Assembly (NCBI GenBank): GCA_977016875.1
Contig: CDRNST010000306.1
Span: 124,001 to 188,000 of the forward strand
DNA from: Pavona decussata
Taxonomy: Eukaryota
DNA: 64,000 nt
Direction: 5' to 3'
Made by a program: the position numbers and the translations under genes. This document shows, one piece after another, positions 1 to 13,400 of the stretch (positions within the stretch are counted from its first letter, which is position 1; every line of letters starts with the position of its first letter). The notes below the pieces were generated by a model. The model did not search any database, was not told where the DNA came from, and saw only the letters and a program-made list of their open reading frames with translations.

Positions 1-3000
1 CGGACACATATATTCTCTGTGTTTAAACAGTTAACACGAGCATCTTTCATTCATTTTTCTTTCCTTTTATCACACAGTTCTAATCATTAGTCTTGCTCTT
101 TATGACACATTTCATTTCCTTTTCTGTTTATCTTGAGTTTTCTCGTTAAACACTTCCCTTTAAAGCACTTATTGTGTTTTCCTTTTGAGGCCAATTTTTT
201 TGGGTATAATTTAAACAAGAGAAATTAAAACTAAATTTAGGGCAAACAGAATATAAGGTTCTCAAGATATGTCGAAATTTAGTACAACAAGCTATAGTGT
301 TGAATCTTCAGCAGGTCGACGTCATTGAAGTCTTCAAAAAAAGTCACTGAAAAATTACCCTAAACTCTCATTATATTCACTCGGAAGAATATGGAATGCA
401 ATTGGATCTTAAAATTCAATAATAATATAATAAACTAAAGATACTTGAATATCTCATCACATTGGGTCAGTTCACTTTTTAACCGAGATGTGTCAAATCT
501 CTTACTGTTACCAGAACAGTTTGAGTTAACCATCAATGATAACAAATTCACGCGTGTGACTTGACTTACATTGATTCTAAAGCTATTCAATTACCAATTG
601 AAATTTTATAAAATACCCTTGGGCCTTGGTCATTTCTGTCTTGATGCATGAACGAAATGGTTATTAATCATAACGTTTCATGGACAACGGAGACCATTTA
701 TTAAGAAAAAAAAGGCCTATAATATTTTTACAGTTTTTACAGCTCTATTTCTGCACAAAAACTCCATCATTTTCGCTATAAGATGGATGCTTCAAAGAAA
801 AAGTGAAACCGTGGTATTCCCATACTTGCATCTCTCACCAACCCCTAAGTTTCTTATAGCTTACGTCTTTCACACAAGAGAATATAGTAAAGTCTTGCCT
901 TTTGTACGAAAATAATGAAATTAAAATCATTTTTTAGAAGAATTTAGGAATGTGGGAAACGTCACTTATTCAGAAATTGTACGCCAAATATTTAATATGT
1001 TTAAACAAACCGCATCCCCCGGCGTCCCCCTCCCCCAATCCCTGAAAAATGGTCAGGAAGGATACGAAACAAACATGTCGGCTTTTGTTATTCAAAAATG
1101 ATCTTTACATTGTGCGAATGTCGACTATGGAATCTTTTGAGATATCAAAATGTATCAAAGTATCGCTGTATCACGAAACTATTAAAAAGACATTTTGACT
1201 GATCTTCAGACCAGCTCCCAATTGCATAAATTTATATAGGTTGTTTAACTTGCTTGCGGCCGTTAATTTGTGGTTTACCATGTGCTAAATCACAACACCT
1301 TTCATTTAGGTATCAGTGTTTTTCGTTAACTAAAGACAAGACTGAATATGCGAATGGAGATAAGTGGACGTGACTCGAGCTAACAAAAGAAAGTTGACAA
1401 CAGCGTGTCTGCGTTAAATCATTTCTCAAACTCCATGATTGAATTTTATTGTTAACGAGCTTTTAGCTTCTGTCAGTTCCATCCTCAAACAAAAGCAAAA
1501 GCCAATCTTAAGTAAACCAAGCGTCAATTAAGGTTTTCCTGTATCTGAATTTACGTCTGATTAATACAAACTTTAAAATGTTTCAAAGGTGAAACTGTTT
1601 ACCTAGTTCTTCTTAGTAATAAATTTTCAAATGTCGGTGGGTGCTTAAAATGTATACTTACGTGATATCTTTAAGTTGAGTAGTATACTGTATGCAGATC
1701 GAGGAAAACTGAGCGCTGGTGAAAACATGTCAAGGGGAAAGAAACTTCAGTAAGTGATTTTGTTCGTATTTGTTTCCAAGGCACCAGAGGGTAAAGGAAA
1801 CTATGACAAGTGTGATTAACATTCAGAAGTAAAGATCGAGCCGCTTCGATTTGTTTCCATCATGAAATGATACGTTCTGCCGAAATAAAACTTAGTAACC
1901 ATGTTTCGTTAGGAAAAAAATAACTCTGATCTGTTGTGAGAAGGCTGATGGTATAACGTTCAAGATATTTTCAACTACATTTGAAGAGGTATACATATAA
2001 ACAAAGATGACGCCATTAATGGTCTGAAAGCGATAGATTACCCCTTGGGCGCAAAAATAGCGAGCTTTAGCGCAGTTTAGCACTCAGAGCTGCTGTCCGC
2101 TTTGTATACAGTTGAAAACGCCACTCGGTCATAGCTATATTTTCAAAGGTGGTTCCAAAGACTTGTCGAAAAGATATTACCATATGCTCTTGGAGACTAA
2201 ACAAACACGCGCCTGAATGGGTAAAAATTTAATTTATTCAATTTTTCCAATGAATACCGTTTTCAAAAATGAGATGAACGTGACTGGATAACAATTGAAA
2301 TCATTTCACAGAGCAGTTAACATGGCAACTTAACTTTATATTTGCGCCTGTTTGGCACTTTCAGATTACTTTTGGATTTATTCAAGACTTTTGATGGCTG
2401 ACCACATAATAGCAACATATCTTGGATCAGGATGGTTTCTCATTAAATTTAAATTGCATCAGCAGGCATGATCATTAAATAAAATTTTAAAACGAGCCTT
2501 AAAATTACAGTAATGGTAAAAATGGACATTTTTATATTAATTTAATTCAACATTACACCCCAGTTCAGGATTTCACTGTCTTGCAAATTTCTTGTCGGCG
2601 TTGTTATGACAATTAAAAGCCCTATTATAGTTAGAAATTAAAACAAGAAATGTGCCCGTGTGCACGTACGAGTAATTAACACAAACAATTTGAGATCCTT
2701 TTAAGTGGTTTTTAGCACTCAGACCACCAAGATTATAATTGAACACCCGCAGACGTTGATTTGTCATTCAAACTATTCAGTTGGATTGAAATAGCGAGAG
2801 AAAGGGATTCCCTTGATAGAGCAAGGATAAAAGTAGGTTATTTTGTTAATTACGATCATATTTTTATCCTTTACGTTTATTGTATTCCTTCCTATTTATT
2901 GAACTATCGTAGTAGGTTTTAAAGAATAATACTTTTATTCACTAAAAGCTGTAGGGACTAAATTGTCTTGCATACAAAACAGCTTCATTTGTTGTTCTAA

Positions 3001-3261
3001 GGCCGAATTGTGCTAAAGCGATACTGGTTCAAAGTCAACGAACAAGGCTTGTTTGATAATATAGTTTACAACTTTTGTAAGTAATTTACAAATCAGTTAA
3101 CAGATGTTGTGATTTCACTGATGTGGCGCATAATCATCAAGGCAGTTTGCTTCAGAGTAAAGTAAACAGTACTAAGAAATCAAAATATTTAATGCCCTTA
3201 GAAATTGCTCGACAAATACTTATTGTGTACGTCCTTTGATTTGTCATATGTTACCGATTAA

Positions 3262-3501
3262 GGGGCCCGTTCCTCGAAAGTCCCGGTAACTTACCGGGCC
3301 CGATAAGTGTCTTTGGTGATAAATTTTTCTTAACGGAAGCCAATTTTTGATAGCTTTGAATACTAAATTTTAAAATCTTATAATTCTATGAAAACATTGG
3401 CCAAGTACCATGCCTATAATCACTGTGTTATCGGCGAAAATCATTTTAAAATATACTTATCGGGCCCGGTAAGTTACTGGGACTTTCGAGAAACGGGCCC
3501 C
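3262..3501. mobile_element. MITE, PIF/Harbinger-like
   Basis: About 45-bp TIRs: ggggcccgttcctcgaaagtcccggtaacttaccgggcccgataagt and acttatcgggcccggtaagttactgggactttcgagaaacgggcccc. AT-rich non-coding interior. Confidence 0.85.
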
Positions 3502-3884
3502 AGGAAGGAAAGCTTATTACTAGATTGTATGTACTTGTTTAGAGAACATGAATCCCGAAAGAGGAACCAAAAATTTCGTTTAAGTTCAGGTTTGTCCAAG
3601 ACATACAGACCCAAAAAGACAGGATTTGTAACAACAGGATCACGATCCGGTACAAATGATGGAAGACACTGCATGTTATTGGTAAACAGATCTCATTAGG
3701 GGGACCAGCTTTAGCCAGCTGAGAGAGGGGAGATTCAGATTGGCGATCGGTTCCATTGGTACAAATGGTTAAGACTTAAGTGGATTAATAAAACCATTGG
3801 CTAACTGCATCTGATTAGGGCTCATTAGAGTGACTTACAATACATTCATGTCTTACCTGGCTAAGAAAAGGGTGATAAATTGAA

Positions 3885-4037
3885 GGTTTGCATGTGACGT
3901 CATGGCGGCCATGTCTGTGGACAGGAACAATAAGATTTTTCTCCTCTAGGAGTTAACTGCTACTTTTGTGCCAGCTATGTGAGCAAATTTTCTTTTTTTT
4001 TTAGTCCACCAACATGGTGGAAATGCAAATCACCTAT
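3885..4037. mobile_element. Degenerate MITE (catggcggccatg...ccaacatgg family)
   Basis: Imperfect inverted ends (ggtttgcat.../...atgcaaatc) and the same ccatgt/ccaacatgg layout as the element at 10291-10428. Confidence 0.55.
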
Positions 4038-4223
4038 TTTTTTCGATTGATACCGCAGGTACAAATAATAAAATCCGTACTCGATTTGCTAATGGAACGC
4101 GTTTAGCAAGATGAGGCAGGGGTGAATCCACTTGTCGATTCGCGCAAATCCCCTAAACAGTATTTCATAATCGTTAACCTCTTTTGTTTTGCTTCAGATT
4201 GTCAGCAAAACACCTTAACTACA

Positions 4224-5117
4224 ATGAATAACTCCTCCACGCCACAAAAAGGAGGCCAACCAGCGCCATTCATGAAGTTTACAGAATTAATGGCTTGGAG
4301 TTGCGCGTTTGGATTTGTCGATGTTGTCATCCTTGCTGGAAATGTCCTCACACTCATTGTCTTCTACAGAAACAAGAAGCTGTTGCGCATGCGTGCTAAC
4401 TACTTCCTGATAAACTTAGCAATTGCCGACATGTTGGTTGGTATATTTGCGATTCCCATGTATCTCTACCACTTGGTTGCTGCCTGGCATAAAGGAAACA
4501 GCGTTTGGCTGCAGCATAGTTTTCAAATATCCAAAGTGGTCGACATTTTTGTCGGCTGCGCTTCAATATTTACACTCACAGTTATCGCACTGGAGCGAGC
4601 CTTTTCAGTCTGTTTGCCTCATGTCCATCGTCACATTAAAGAGAAAGTGTATTACATGCTTCTTGGAGTAATCTGGTTCCTGTCCATTCTGGTTTCTTGT
4701 TTGAGGTTCCTCTATGAAGAGAAACTTCTGTCGCTGGTATTTTTCTTCTATTTTATGTTGGTGTTCTTTGCCTTCGCGCTGTCAATCACCTGTGTTTCTT
4801 ATGTGGTGATTTGGTATCGAATGAAGTTTCGTTTTGCCAGAAGAGACAGCAAAAAACGGTCAACAGAGCAGGACAAACGACTTGCCGTGATGCTGTTTAC
4901 AGTCACTATAATATTTGTGCTCACGTGGCTGCCATTCCAGATCATAAACATCGTAACTTTTTTCTGCAAGCCGTGTCAAAATATGCCAAACGAGGTGGCC
5001 TATTTCACCAAATTTTTGCATTACGGAAACTCGTGTGTTAACCCCATTATTTATTCGTTTCTGGTTCCCGAGTTTAGGAAAACACTGTTTAATATTTTCC
5101 ATAAATTAAGAGCGTAG
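4224..5117 (+). CDS. Class A (rhodopsin-like) GPCR 1, orphan aminergic-like/MECA-like
   Basis: Seven hydrophobic segments with GN (TM1), NLAIAD (TM2), D3.32 and LER (TM3), WLPF (TM6) and NPIIY (TM7). First ATG at 4224 (MNNSS, N-glycosylation site). The ORF-track start at 4122 is a GTG upstream of a pyrimidine tract and AG acceptor at 4196-4197. Confidence 0.95.
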   Translation: MNNSSTPQKGGQPAPFMKFTELMAWSCAFGFVDVVILAGNVLTLIVFYRNKKLLRMRANYFLINLAIADMLVGIFAIPMYLYHLVAAWHKGNSVWLQHSFQISKVVDIFVGCASIFTLTVIALERAFSVCLPHVHRHIKEKVYYMLLGVIWFLSILVSCLRFLYEEKLLSLVFFFYFMLVFFAFALSITCVSYVVIWYRMKFRFARRDSKKRSTEQDKRLAVMLFTVTIIFVLTWLPFQIINIVTFFCKPCQNMPNEVAYFTKFLHYGNSCVNPIIYSFLVPEFRKTLFNIFHKLRA

Positions 5118-7168
5118 AGACGTTGCTAAACTAGGAACTCTTCACTGTAAAGTTTCAGTTAATTATTGAGGGCCTCAGAAAAACCAAAGAAAGGTTCGCC
5201 CGCCGCCAGAGAAATGACTTTGGCCCTCTAAGATGTCCGTTAACCTTTTTGAATTTCAAAGCGGCGTTTTATCTTTTTTCTTTCCGGTGTAGGTTGTGCT
5301 GTCTAGGATCAACATTTCACCACTTCCTGGTTTTGCAATGGACATAAATTATGTAGAGATTCTAGACAGCGTTGTTGAATAGCAGTCATAGATTAATGTA
5401 TCATTTCGAAATATGAGCGCGTGTGACTAACCTAAGAACTAAAAACTGTAGGTGCTCCTTTACGTGAAAATTATAAAGCAAAAAAACTATGTCTCGAATA
5501 AGAAACAATTAAAGTGGGATATGCTTAAGGTTTGGCTGCTTTGTGTTTCCCTTTCGTTTTTTTTAACCCGTTCTTAATCCAAAGCTTCTGCCTCGACTCC
5601 ATGCCTGTCTCTTTCGTAAAACGTGATGCGCGTTGAACTGTGGGCCGTCTAGTAAATATAATTTAAACCGGGTGACTAGAATTACAAAATAGTTTTCATC
5701 TAGTCCCTCGTTTCCATCAAATCCAGCATCATTTTGTTTTCATTAACTAAATGCAAAGACGGCTACTAAAACTTTGTGAGATTTCACTCTTGTGAAAATC
5801 AGTTCCAGCTATTGACATCAAATTAAAAGCATGCACAAACGGTTTGGCAATGTAACTTTCCAGTTCCCATTTTCTCTGGTCGTTTTGAAGAAGATGCTTT
5901 TGCTTTATTCTAGCCAGCGGTTCACAGTTTTCAAGGCCCCCGTATTCTATCTTGCGTACAATTGCCATAACAGTGAATCACTGTTCCTTTGTACACTTCA
6001 AGTCATATCTCAGTTCCAAGTTTTTATGGACTTCACTACCGCCAAAAGAGACGAAACGATCCTCAATGATTCTTTGTTCCTCTATGTTGCGACTACTAAC
6101 TTGGTATTACCAAGATAGCTTTAAAATGATCCCTTTTTGTCAATCAGCTTATTGCACGTTGGAGATAAGCTTCGAAAATTAAGTAATACTCAAGAGAAGG
6201 ACATTTTACCCTTTATTTTCCCAGCAAAAACGTTTGTTGAAAGCTGTTATTGTATGGACTTTTTTAATTCTCTTGAATGCCAACAAGGACTGGCGGTGAC
6301 CTTCTTTCGCCATCTGCTCTGGAAAATGTCACCTGGTGAGGTCCTGAAAGTTCCAGGTTTGAACGATTCAACAATTTGAAACCGTTTTGATAACAGTTGT
6401 CCAAATCATGATTAGCTTTCAGGTGAATTAAAATAAAAGGTAACCACATTCGACTGTGATTTCCAGTCCCTGCAGAATTTTCTGCGGAACAGGTGTATTC
6501 TGAGTAACCCTACGTCAACCAGGACAACAATAATGTGCACGTTTTATGTTTTGTCCTTAGTAAGCCTCTAAGGCTTTTGCAGGTTCCTAACTGTGACTAG
6601 GACGAAGCTATTTGCCTGGCTTTTAATTGAAACCAACATTAATACAAACACTGTTGATTTCGTGCCATTATGGTACGTGGGATCTCAGATATAAACATTT
6701 TAAACATATCAATCAGAAATTCCTAAAGTTTGTTGAATGATCAATCATCTTGAGCTTCCTTAGTAGTTGTAAGAGCTTCTTGTTGTCCCCGATATTCTAT
6801 CTTTACCGACCAAAATTGAACTCAGCGAAAGTCAGAAATCACTACCAACAGAAAACTAAAGAAAATCTATTTATCCATCCCAACAAGAACCAAACTGCTA
6901 GATCATTTAAGTAACCCGCTAAATTATCTGAAACATACATTTACATTTGATGAAACAAATCTGAAAAGATACGCTCTACGAAATGCATTATCTGGTAGCC
7001 CTGGTGGTAGAATGAAGGATCACTTTTGCCATTGATTGATCCATGCATAAAATCATCGTTAACACAATCAACCCATTTATATACAACTTATAAATATTCG
7101 AACCCGTATTTTTTTTTTTTTTTTTTTTTTTTTTGTATTTAGTTAAAAGCAATCTTCTTGAGCGACTT

Positions 7169-7300
7169 GGGGCCTCTTCATATGAGCCCGGTCGACCGGG
7201 TTGGCTCGGTTTCCGAGATCTCGCCTCGCCACTCTCTTCTTTAAGGCGGGCTGGCCCGCAAACCCCGAGATCTCGGTAACCGAGCTGGAAATTTTTTCCA
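7169..7300. repeat. Fragment of a GC-rich interspersed repeat/MITE
   Basis: GC-rich island with repeated palindromic ccgagatctcg and a cccggtcgaccggg palindrome. Confidence 0.45.
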
Positions 7301-7962
7301 AACCATTGCTCTACATGCCAGTTTAATAATGTGTTTGAGCCGCCAAGTCTATCGTTACCTGGATGAAAATACGTGATTTAAAATTTCACCCATTTAAAAA
7401 GAGTCACAGTCAAATCTGAATTAATTTTCTTTAAAATCATATAACAGTTAGGAAAAATCCTGTGACAATAAGTCAGCTTATGACGTCAACTGTGGTTACG
7501 CAACATAGGGTTTTCGCTCGTTATGGTAACGTCGACGATTCGCAGACTTGTTTCCACGCCTAATCGCGCTTGTCGACCGAACCGAGCTGCTCTTCTGAGG
7601 CTTGGAACCAAGCGCGACAGCGCAGGCGTCCTGACGCCGACACAGCGGTAAAACGCATTGCGCATGTGCGAACCACTGAACTTCCGGTCAGGGTCGTATT
7701 TCCGGTTAGGTATTAAAACCTATTGCGTAAACAAAAAACTCCCGTCGCGCGAAGTTTAAAAACAAAACTCAAGAGTTACGAAACAAACTTAAGTACAAAA
7801 AATGTTTTCCTGGCCAGTTAATTTATTTTGCTGTTTTCAAACCTTTGCACCAAGGGGTTTGGTGCTTGCACCAAGGGTGAAAACCATGTTCGAAAATGCG
7901 ACCCGCCAGCGCTTGAGAAGAATAGTTTTGTCAGTCCGTGGTTGTTGTTGTGCTGTTGTTCA

Positions 7963-8307
7963 AATGTTGTTCCTCGCAAGACGAGAAGTGTGGGAAAAGG
8001 TTAAGTAAACGAAAATGCGGAGGCCGACATTTACTTCTTGATACCTCAGTTAGCCAGGGCCGCTGAACTTCCAGTTGGCTCGATAGTTTGTCGGGTTCAC
8101 TGGGACGAAATAAGGAGGGAAAACAGACGGTGTTCGCTTTCTCAGGAAAACCACTCGCGAGCTCTCTACAAAAACGGGATACCTTCTCGACTTTATGCCG
8201 TGCTGGACGCTGTTGGAAAGGCAGGTAATGTTCCTTATCCTATGGGAACAAGGTGGTGCAACAAACGTGTTGAGAACGTTGACCAAGAAGAAAAGTTCAC
8301 CTCGTAG
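7963..8307 (+). pseudogene. Cys/His-rich coding remnant inside the TIR element
   Basis: KCCSSQDEKCGKRLSKRKCGGRH joins, via one frameshift, to IPQLARAAELPVGSIVCRVHWDEIRR...RWCNK. Protein-like composition; family not recognised. Confidence 0.3.
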
Positions 8308-9452
8308 AATATAATTCGAAAGAGGCTGGTACCTCAAAACAAAAGATTAGTTACATGTCTTTGCTAATGATAACTGAGACACAGATGACGCGCACATTAA
8401 TCTGTTCTGAGCTTCATTGTCCAATTTCGGCTCTGGGTTGTGCATAATTTTTAAGTGAAGAGCAGTAGCTGTGCTTGCAAGGACCACCGTGATAAAATAA
8501 AAGGACCGGATCCTGTAGTAAAGGAGCAATAAATTGTAGAACAAATAATATAAAGAGCAAGGCTGGTTTCACAGTCAGAGAATTATATTTTTCCTTTCCA
8601 ATATTTCAAACGGCACGGCCTTTTTTTATCATCAAACATACCCTGCCTTGCTCTTTATATTTATTTTTTCCATAATATTTAAGTTTGCCTTTTACTTTCA
8701 CATACAAAGATAACTTCATCACTATAAACGTTAATAAGTTTGCAACCCCAAATGGTAAACCTTGATAAAAATAGCTGTTGTATATTTGTTCAAAGTAAAG
8801 GAATTTTACCACAATTATTGTATATATTTAGCAAAAAAAATAAATAATAATAATAATAATAATGAGAGATTTGTAGAATAGTTTTTCCAAATCAGGACAC
8901 CAGGAGGAAAATACCAACTTCTTCTGGAGCTGTGAAAGTCAATTGTCATGGAGATGTCCTAGTAGAAAGACAGGTATAGAACAGCATTGAAACAGTTTTC
9001 AAAGACTCCTCAGGTCAGTTTAACCGCACTGAGCGAAAAAAAGATTCTCAATAACATAAAAGAGATATTTCAGTAACAGCATTTCTACCAAACATCTTTC
9101 TGAAGGATTACACTGATCATCAACATGTATATATCACTATAAAAATAAGCAATATCAATATTGTAATAGTTTTTTTCATTTGTAAGAGGAGACAACAATC
9201 ATCTATGTAACTTATAAAAAAGTACCCTCAACCCCAGTGGGAATGAAATTAAGCCTCAGTATGAATATACATATTCTGATGATCACAATTTAAATATGTG
9301 GATGATATTATTATCCTCCACATATTTCTTATGGTACTAGTTGTGAGAGATCCAAGAATAAGTGATGAGCATCGTGTATTACAAGAAAGAGAACATTTGT
9401 TTTATTGCATATCATAGCATATTTCTGGTAATCTTGATTACACAATAAATAG

Positions 9453-9479
9453 CTGACTTGACTGACTGACTGACTGACT
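9453..9479. repeat. (TGAC)n microsatellite
   Basis: tgacttgactgactgactgactgact. Confidence 0.85.
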
Positions 9480-10290
9480 CGACAGGTATATTGATTTCCC
9501 TTGCCTTGCATATGGGGCGGCACTCCCAAGTTGTGATTGAAATAATCATGTGAATCATCAACCAATAATATAAATATAATATTACACATTTGATTCTTCT
9601 TTCACCATGAGGTTTCCACATACAGAATATACTACTATCATATGAAACCCCTGAAATGAAATAAACAAGAAAAATTTAATTATTTTCTTACATATTTACT
9701 TACAGTGTACGTAAAAAGGGGCTACAAATAATATTTATTATTATTATTTCAGGTCACAGAAGACACATACAATGCATGAGGAAGAAGGATTATTTATTTG
9801 GCAACATGGGGCATCCAGAGATGTGATAAATTCTGGCAGAATTTTAGGCTTCAGCACTAATCCAATCTTTTCTTAGTTATCTTTTTTTGCTTTGGGCAAA
9901 TTTAGGCTTTTTAAGAGAGAGAGAGAAAGAGAAAAATTAAAAATAGAACAAAACGTCAAGTAGCCTGCTTAGGTCAAAACTTGGCGTCGCGAACAGAAGT
10001 GGGCGCTTTTCACCAACTTATTTTGCAACCAGAACTTTTTTTCAACCATGCTTGCATGCATGTTGTAGCTTTAGCATCAGGTTGAATGCTTTGGTGACCA
10101 TAATTTTCAAAGTTTGAAGTCATTCATTTACCAGACAAGATAACTGAGTGGAAGGCTTCAGACTTGCGTCGTTCCTCATAATAACATTTGAAACAGATAG
10201 ACCGTCCTTGCGTCTTCCTTGGGTCTAACTATAATAAATATATATAAATGGGAATTTGTAACAGTCTTCCCAAGAACATCTGTTGCAATA

Positions 10291-10428
10291 ATAGAGTGTG
10301 TGCACGGCTGCCATGTTGGAGGACTGAAAACAATAGAAGATATTTGCATGAAAATAGAATATATTTCGCAAAGGAAAATCATTGCATTGTTTCGGTCCTC
10401 CAACATGGCCGTCGTGCACACACTCTAT
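10291..10428. mobile_element. MITE nested in the 7639-10776 element
   Basis: About 34-bp near-perfect TIRs: atagagtgtgtgcacggctgccatgttggaggac and gtcctccaacatggccgtcgtgcacacactctat. Confidence 0.85.
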
Positions 10429-13400
10429 AGAGCTAGGTGTTAAAACACGAATTCACCAACCGACAAAATATTCATGACTTGGGCTGAGGTGGCGGGCGAA
10501 CACGCATCGAATCAGTATCAATTCACATTTTTGGATGTTTTGTAAAAGATAATCAGTACCACTCGACTTCAGAATCAACCATTGTAAGAAATTATGGTTA
10601 GCTTACCTTTTCTTAATCATTGGTCCACTTTATCTTTCACATGTGGTTAATGATCTACGGCAGGAAAGTTTTTTTTAAAAACTCCAACAGACCGAAACAT
10701 AACCCTTACCGGAAAGCGTGATCTCGACCGGAAATGCCCAAAATTAGCGCATGCGTAGACGTTTTGCCGCTGTGTTCCTGACGCCACGTTCGGTCGCGTG
10801 CCAAGACGCTGGAGACGAGGCTGATGGATTCTCAATGAATTTAATATTCAACCAAGAGAAACGCCTGAATCCATGCCACTGGTATGTTTATTTATACACT
10901 TAAAATTTCGTTTATATAAACAGGGAATAAAACGTCGAGAGTACGCTTCTCTTAATTAATTAAAACATAAAGCCGCAGTAGACTCAAGTCAAAAAGACGG
11001 GTATCAGCTTTCGGATAAGTAATATCTCCGTCCTAATCAGGCACAGTGTAGTCATGCTCCTTGTCACACAGGGCAAAGAATTCAGTGCTAGACAAGAGTC
11101 GGCTCATTGATTGTTATTTATTTACGCCAATCGATATTAATGGATACCTATTTTTCTGTGAGATTGCCAACAACAATAACTAGCAATTAGGGCTTCATAT
11201 CGATTCATCATTGTATCCAGGATCGAGGTCAGATATCGATTTCTATCGAGTGACTAGGAATAGTTCATTTTTCCGACTAATGGGATTTGTCGGCACGAGA
11301 GACGCAACACAAATGGGCTTCAAAGGTAGGGGGCGTAGGGAAGAACCAAAAAATATGAGAGAAAAAACTGAGATCGTCCCCAGTGGTCACTGAAACAATT
11401 TCCGCGGTCAGTGCAATAAGAAGCGATGTGTTGACTGAAGTGTGATCCATTCTGCTTTTAGTTTCCTTCGCTCTTGGGGGGCTCTCCAAAAACTATGCAA
11501 GTCCAGGGGTTGGGCAGAGTAAAATTTAAAGTCCGATAGTTAAATTTCACTTGTCCCCTATCTCCCTCCCTATAAAGAAGCACGCAGGAGAAAATTTATT
11601 TGGTATACTGTAAAGTTGTCCAGTTTCTGACCGGTACCAGAATACGATCAATCAAAATTCAATCGAACTTTTTTGATCGATGTTAGGAAATTCTGGAAAA
11701 CAGCAAAGTTTGAAAATAAACTGAACGTTTCAGCTTTCGAATGCTTGTTATTGTGGGCTGAAAGCTCAAAGGTAACTTAAATGAGAATACCGTTTTTCTC
11801 GAAGTGAGTTTAACTTTGCAGGGCAGGCTAAAATTTACGTATTTCATCTCGCAGTGAAACTACTGCTGATGTAATACGAGTCTATTACACTATTACTCAA
11901 AGGAATTCGACTAGATTTTTATCTGTTAGTAAAACAGGAAATAGAAACCGTATCAGGAATTAAACTGCACGTGCCCTTTCCTGAATGGTGAAATTGTTTG
12001 CATAAATTCTGTCGAAATGTAATTTCATCACTTAAACTTTTAGTCTAACTAACAAATTCATAAAATAACTGGCTGCATATAGTTCTACAGAAACTGGCCT
12101 CAGTAAATGGTTTTCCGCATTTAGTTGTTATCACTGCATTTCTTCGTTGTCTGTGAAAAGAGATACAAAAAAAACAGATACAGCTATGGTCGGTGCTTGA
12201 TTCCTTTAAAATCGATTTCTTTTTCCAAAGTCTGGAGTAAAATGCTAAAATAACCGCAAGAAAGTGAATTATTTCTCGTTTGGGTGTTGAAAGTTTTCAT
12301 GGACAAGGCAATTATTGTGGTGGTCGGATACTGGGCAGCTAAACCGCTCTGCGGTGAAAAAGGGAATTTTTCCAGGTGTCAGATTGAAAGTTAAAAAGAT
12401 AACCTGCCTTTCATTACATTTATGTGCAAATGGATTTTCTTGAACCAAAATTTTAAGTGATCTCTGGCCGAGAAAGAGACCATATAGTTGTTACAAGTGG
12501 TCGGTTAAGTGGCGGAAACTGACAACTTACTGTAGTCAAAATCAGACAATTTTATAAGCCCGAAAAGCCTGGTCAAGGGACTTTAAAAAGGCCTGGGGCG
12601 ATGGATGACACCCGTCTGCGGAATTTGTTTATTACTGTGGCTACTCTTGTTTTAGGTTTGTTTTGAGAGACGTGACAAAGGGTGATCCATTATTCAAACA
12701 GGATTTTAATCACGCAAACCTGGCTGACTTTGGCATTTGAATGTTTGTTTGTTTTTTGTAAATCAACAATGAAGACATGAAAGTATTTGGACAAGATCGT
12801 CGACACAATCAAAAATGCACACTTTTTCATAATCCTTCCGAATCATCTTATCAATCAATATGTAAAAAAAAAACACAAATTTAATTAAACAGATCATGAG
12901 ACAATATTTGATCCATAGGTTGTGAGGTGACCCGAAGATAATGTTATTTTTTTAGGCGTATTCAGATATAACATTGCTCACTTACTATGAGAATCCATGC
13001 TGGGTTTGTGTTCATCAGACAGTGGTCTTTTTAATAGTCGTTCAAGTCTTTCTTGTGATGAAAGAATATAAAAGCGAATTATTTCCCACCAGCTGGTAGA
13101 TTTTCAAGTAAATATTGTGTGAGTTTGCTGAATTCCAAGAGCTGTGCGTCTTCTCCTCAGGTGTAGCGAAACAAACTAAGGTGAGCATAAAGTTCTGAAG
13201 TGAGCAAGGGTATCCTGTGATGCAGAAAGGATCCATATTTTTGTTTTGTATTGATAATCTTACTTTCCTTGGCCTACACACACATCCAATGCGTTATTCA
13301 TAAAGTAAACGCTCATTTTATGTTTGGTTATCATACGTGATGTACTTACCGAGACACAGCATCCCTTAATGCCAGGCATAAATGAATATGCACTGTCAGT

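Larger units (their letters stand above)
7639..10776. mobile_element. Non-autonomous TIR element with 9-10 bp TSD (Mutator/MULE-like)
   Basis: Direct repeat (t)cctgacgcc at 7630-7638 and 10777-10785. It abuts degenerate ~70-bp inverted ends: gacacagcggtaaaacg...gcgcatg...ttccggtc...ttccggt versus the reverse complement of 10700-10776. No intact transposase ORF. Confidence 0.7.

Noticed and set aside
3388-3699. 103-aa ORF and other short ORFs over MITEs (e.g. 10176-10443, 34948-35435)
   Set aside because: They run through inverted-repeat elements and have no recognisable domains.
4122-4223. N-terminal extensions of the GPCR ORFs in the ORF track (also 16331, 32527, 40101)
   Set aside because: They begin mostly at GTG and run through pyrimidine tracts and acceptor AGs. 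The downstream ATGs give typical N-glycosylated N-termini.
5008-5055. TM7 lysine suggesting the receptors are opsins
   Set aside because: The lysine is at 7.39 in all five receptors. The retinal-binding position 7.43 is Tyr, and the opsin C3.25 disulfide is absent.
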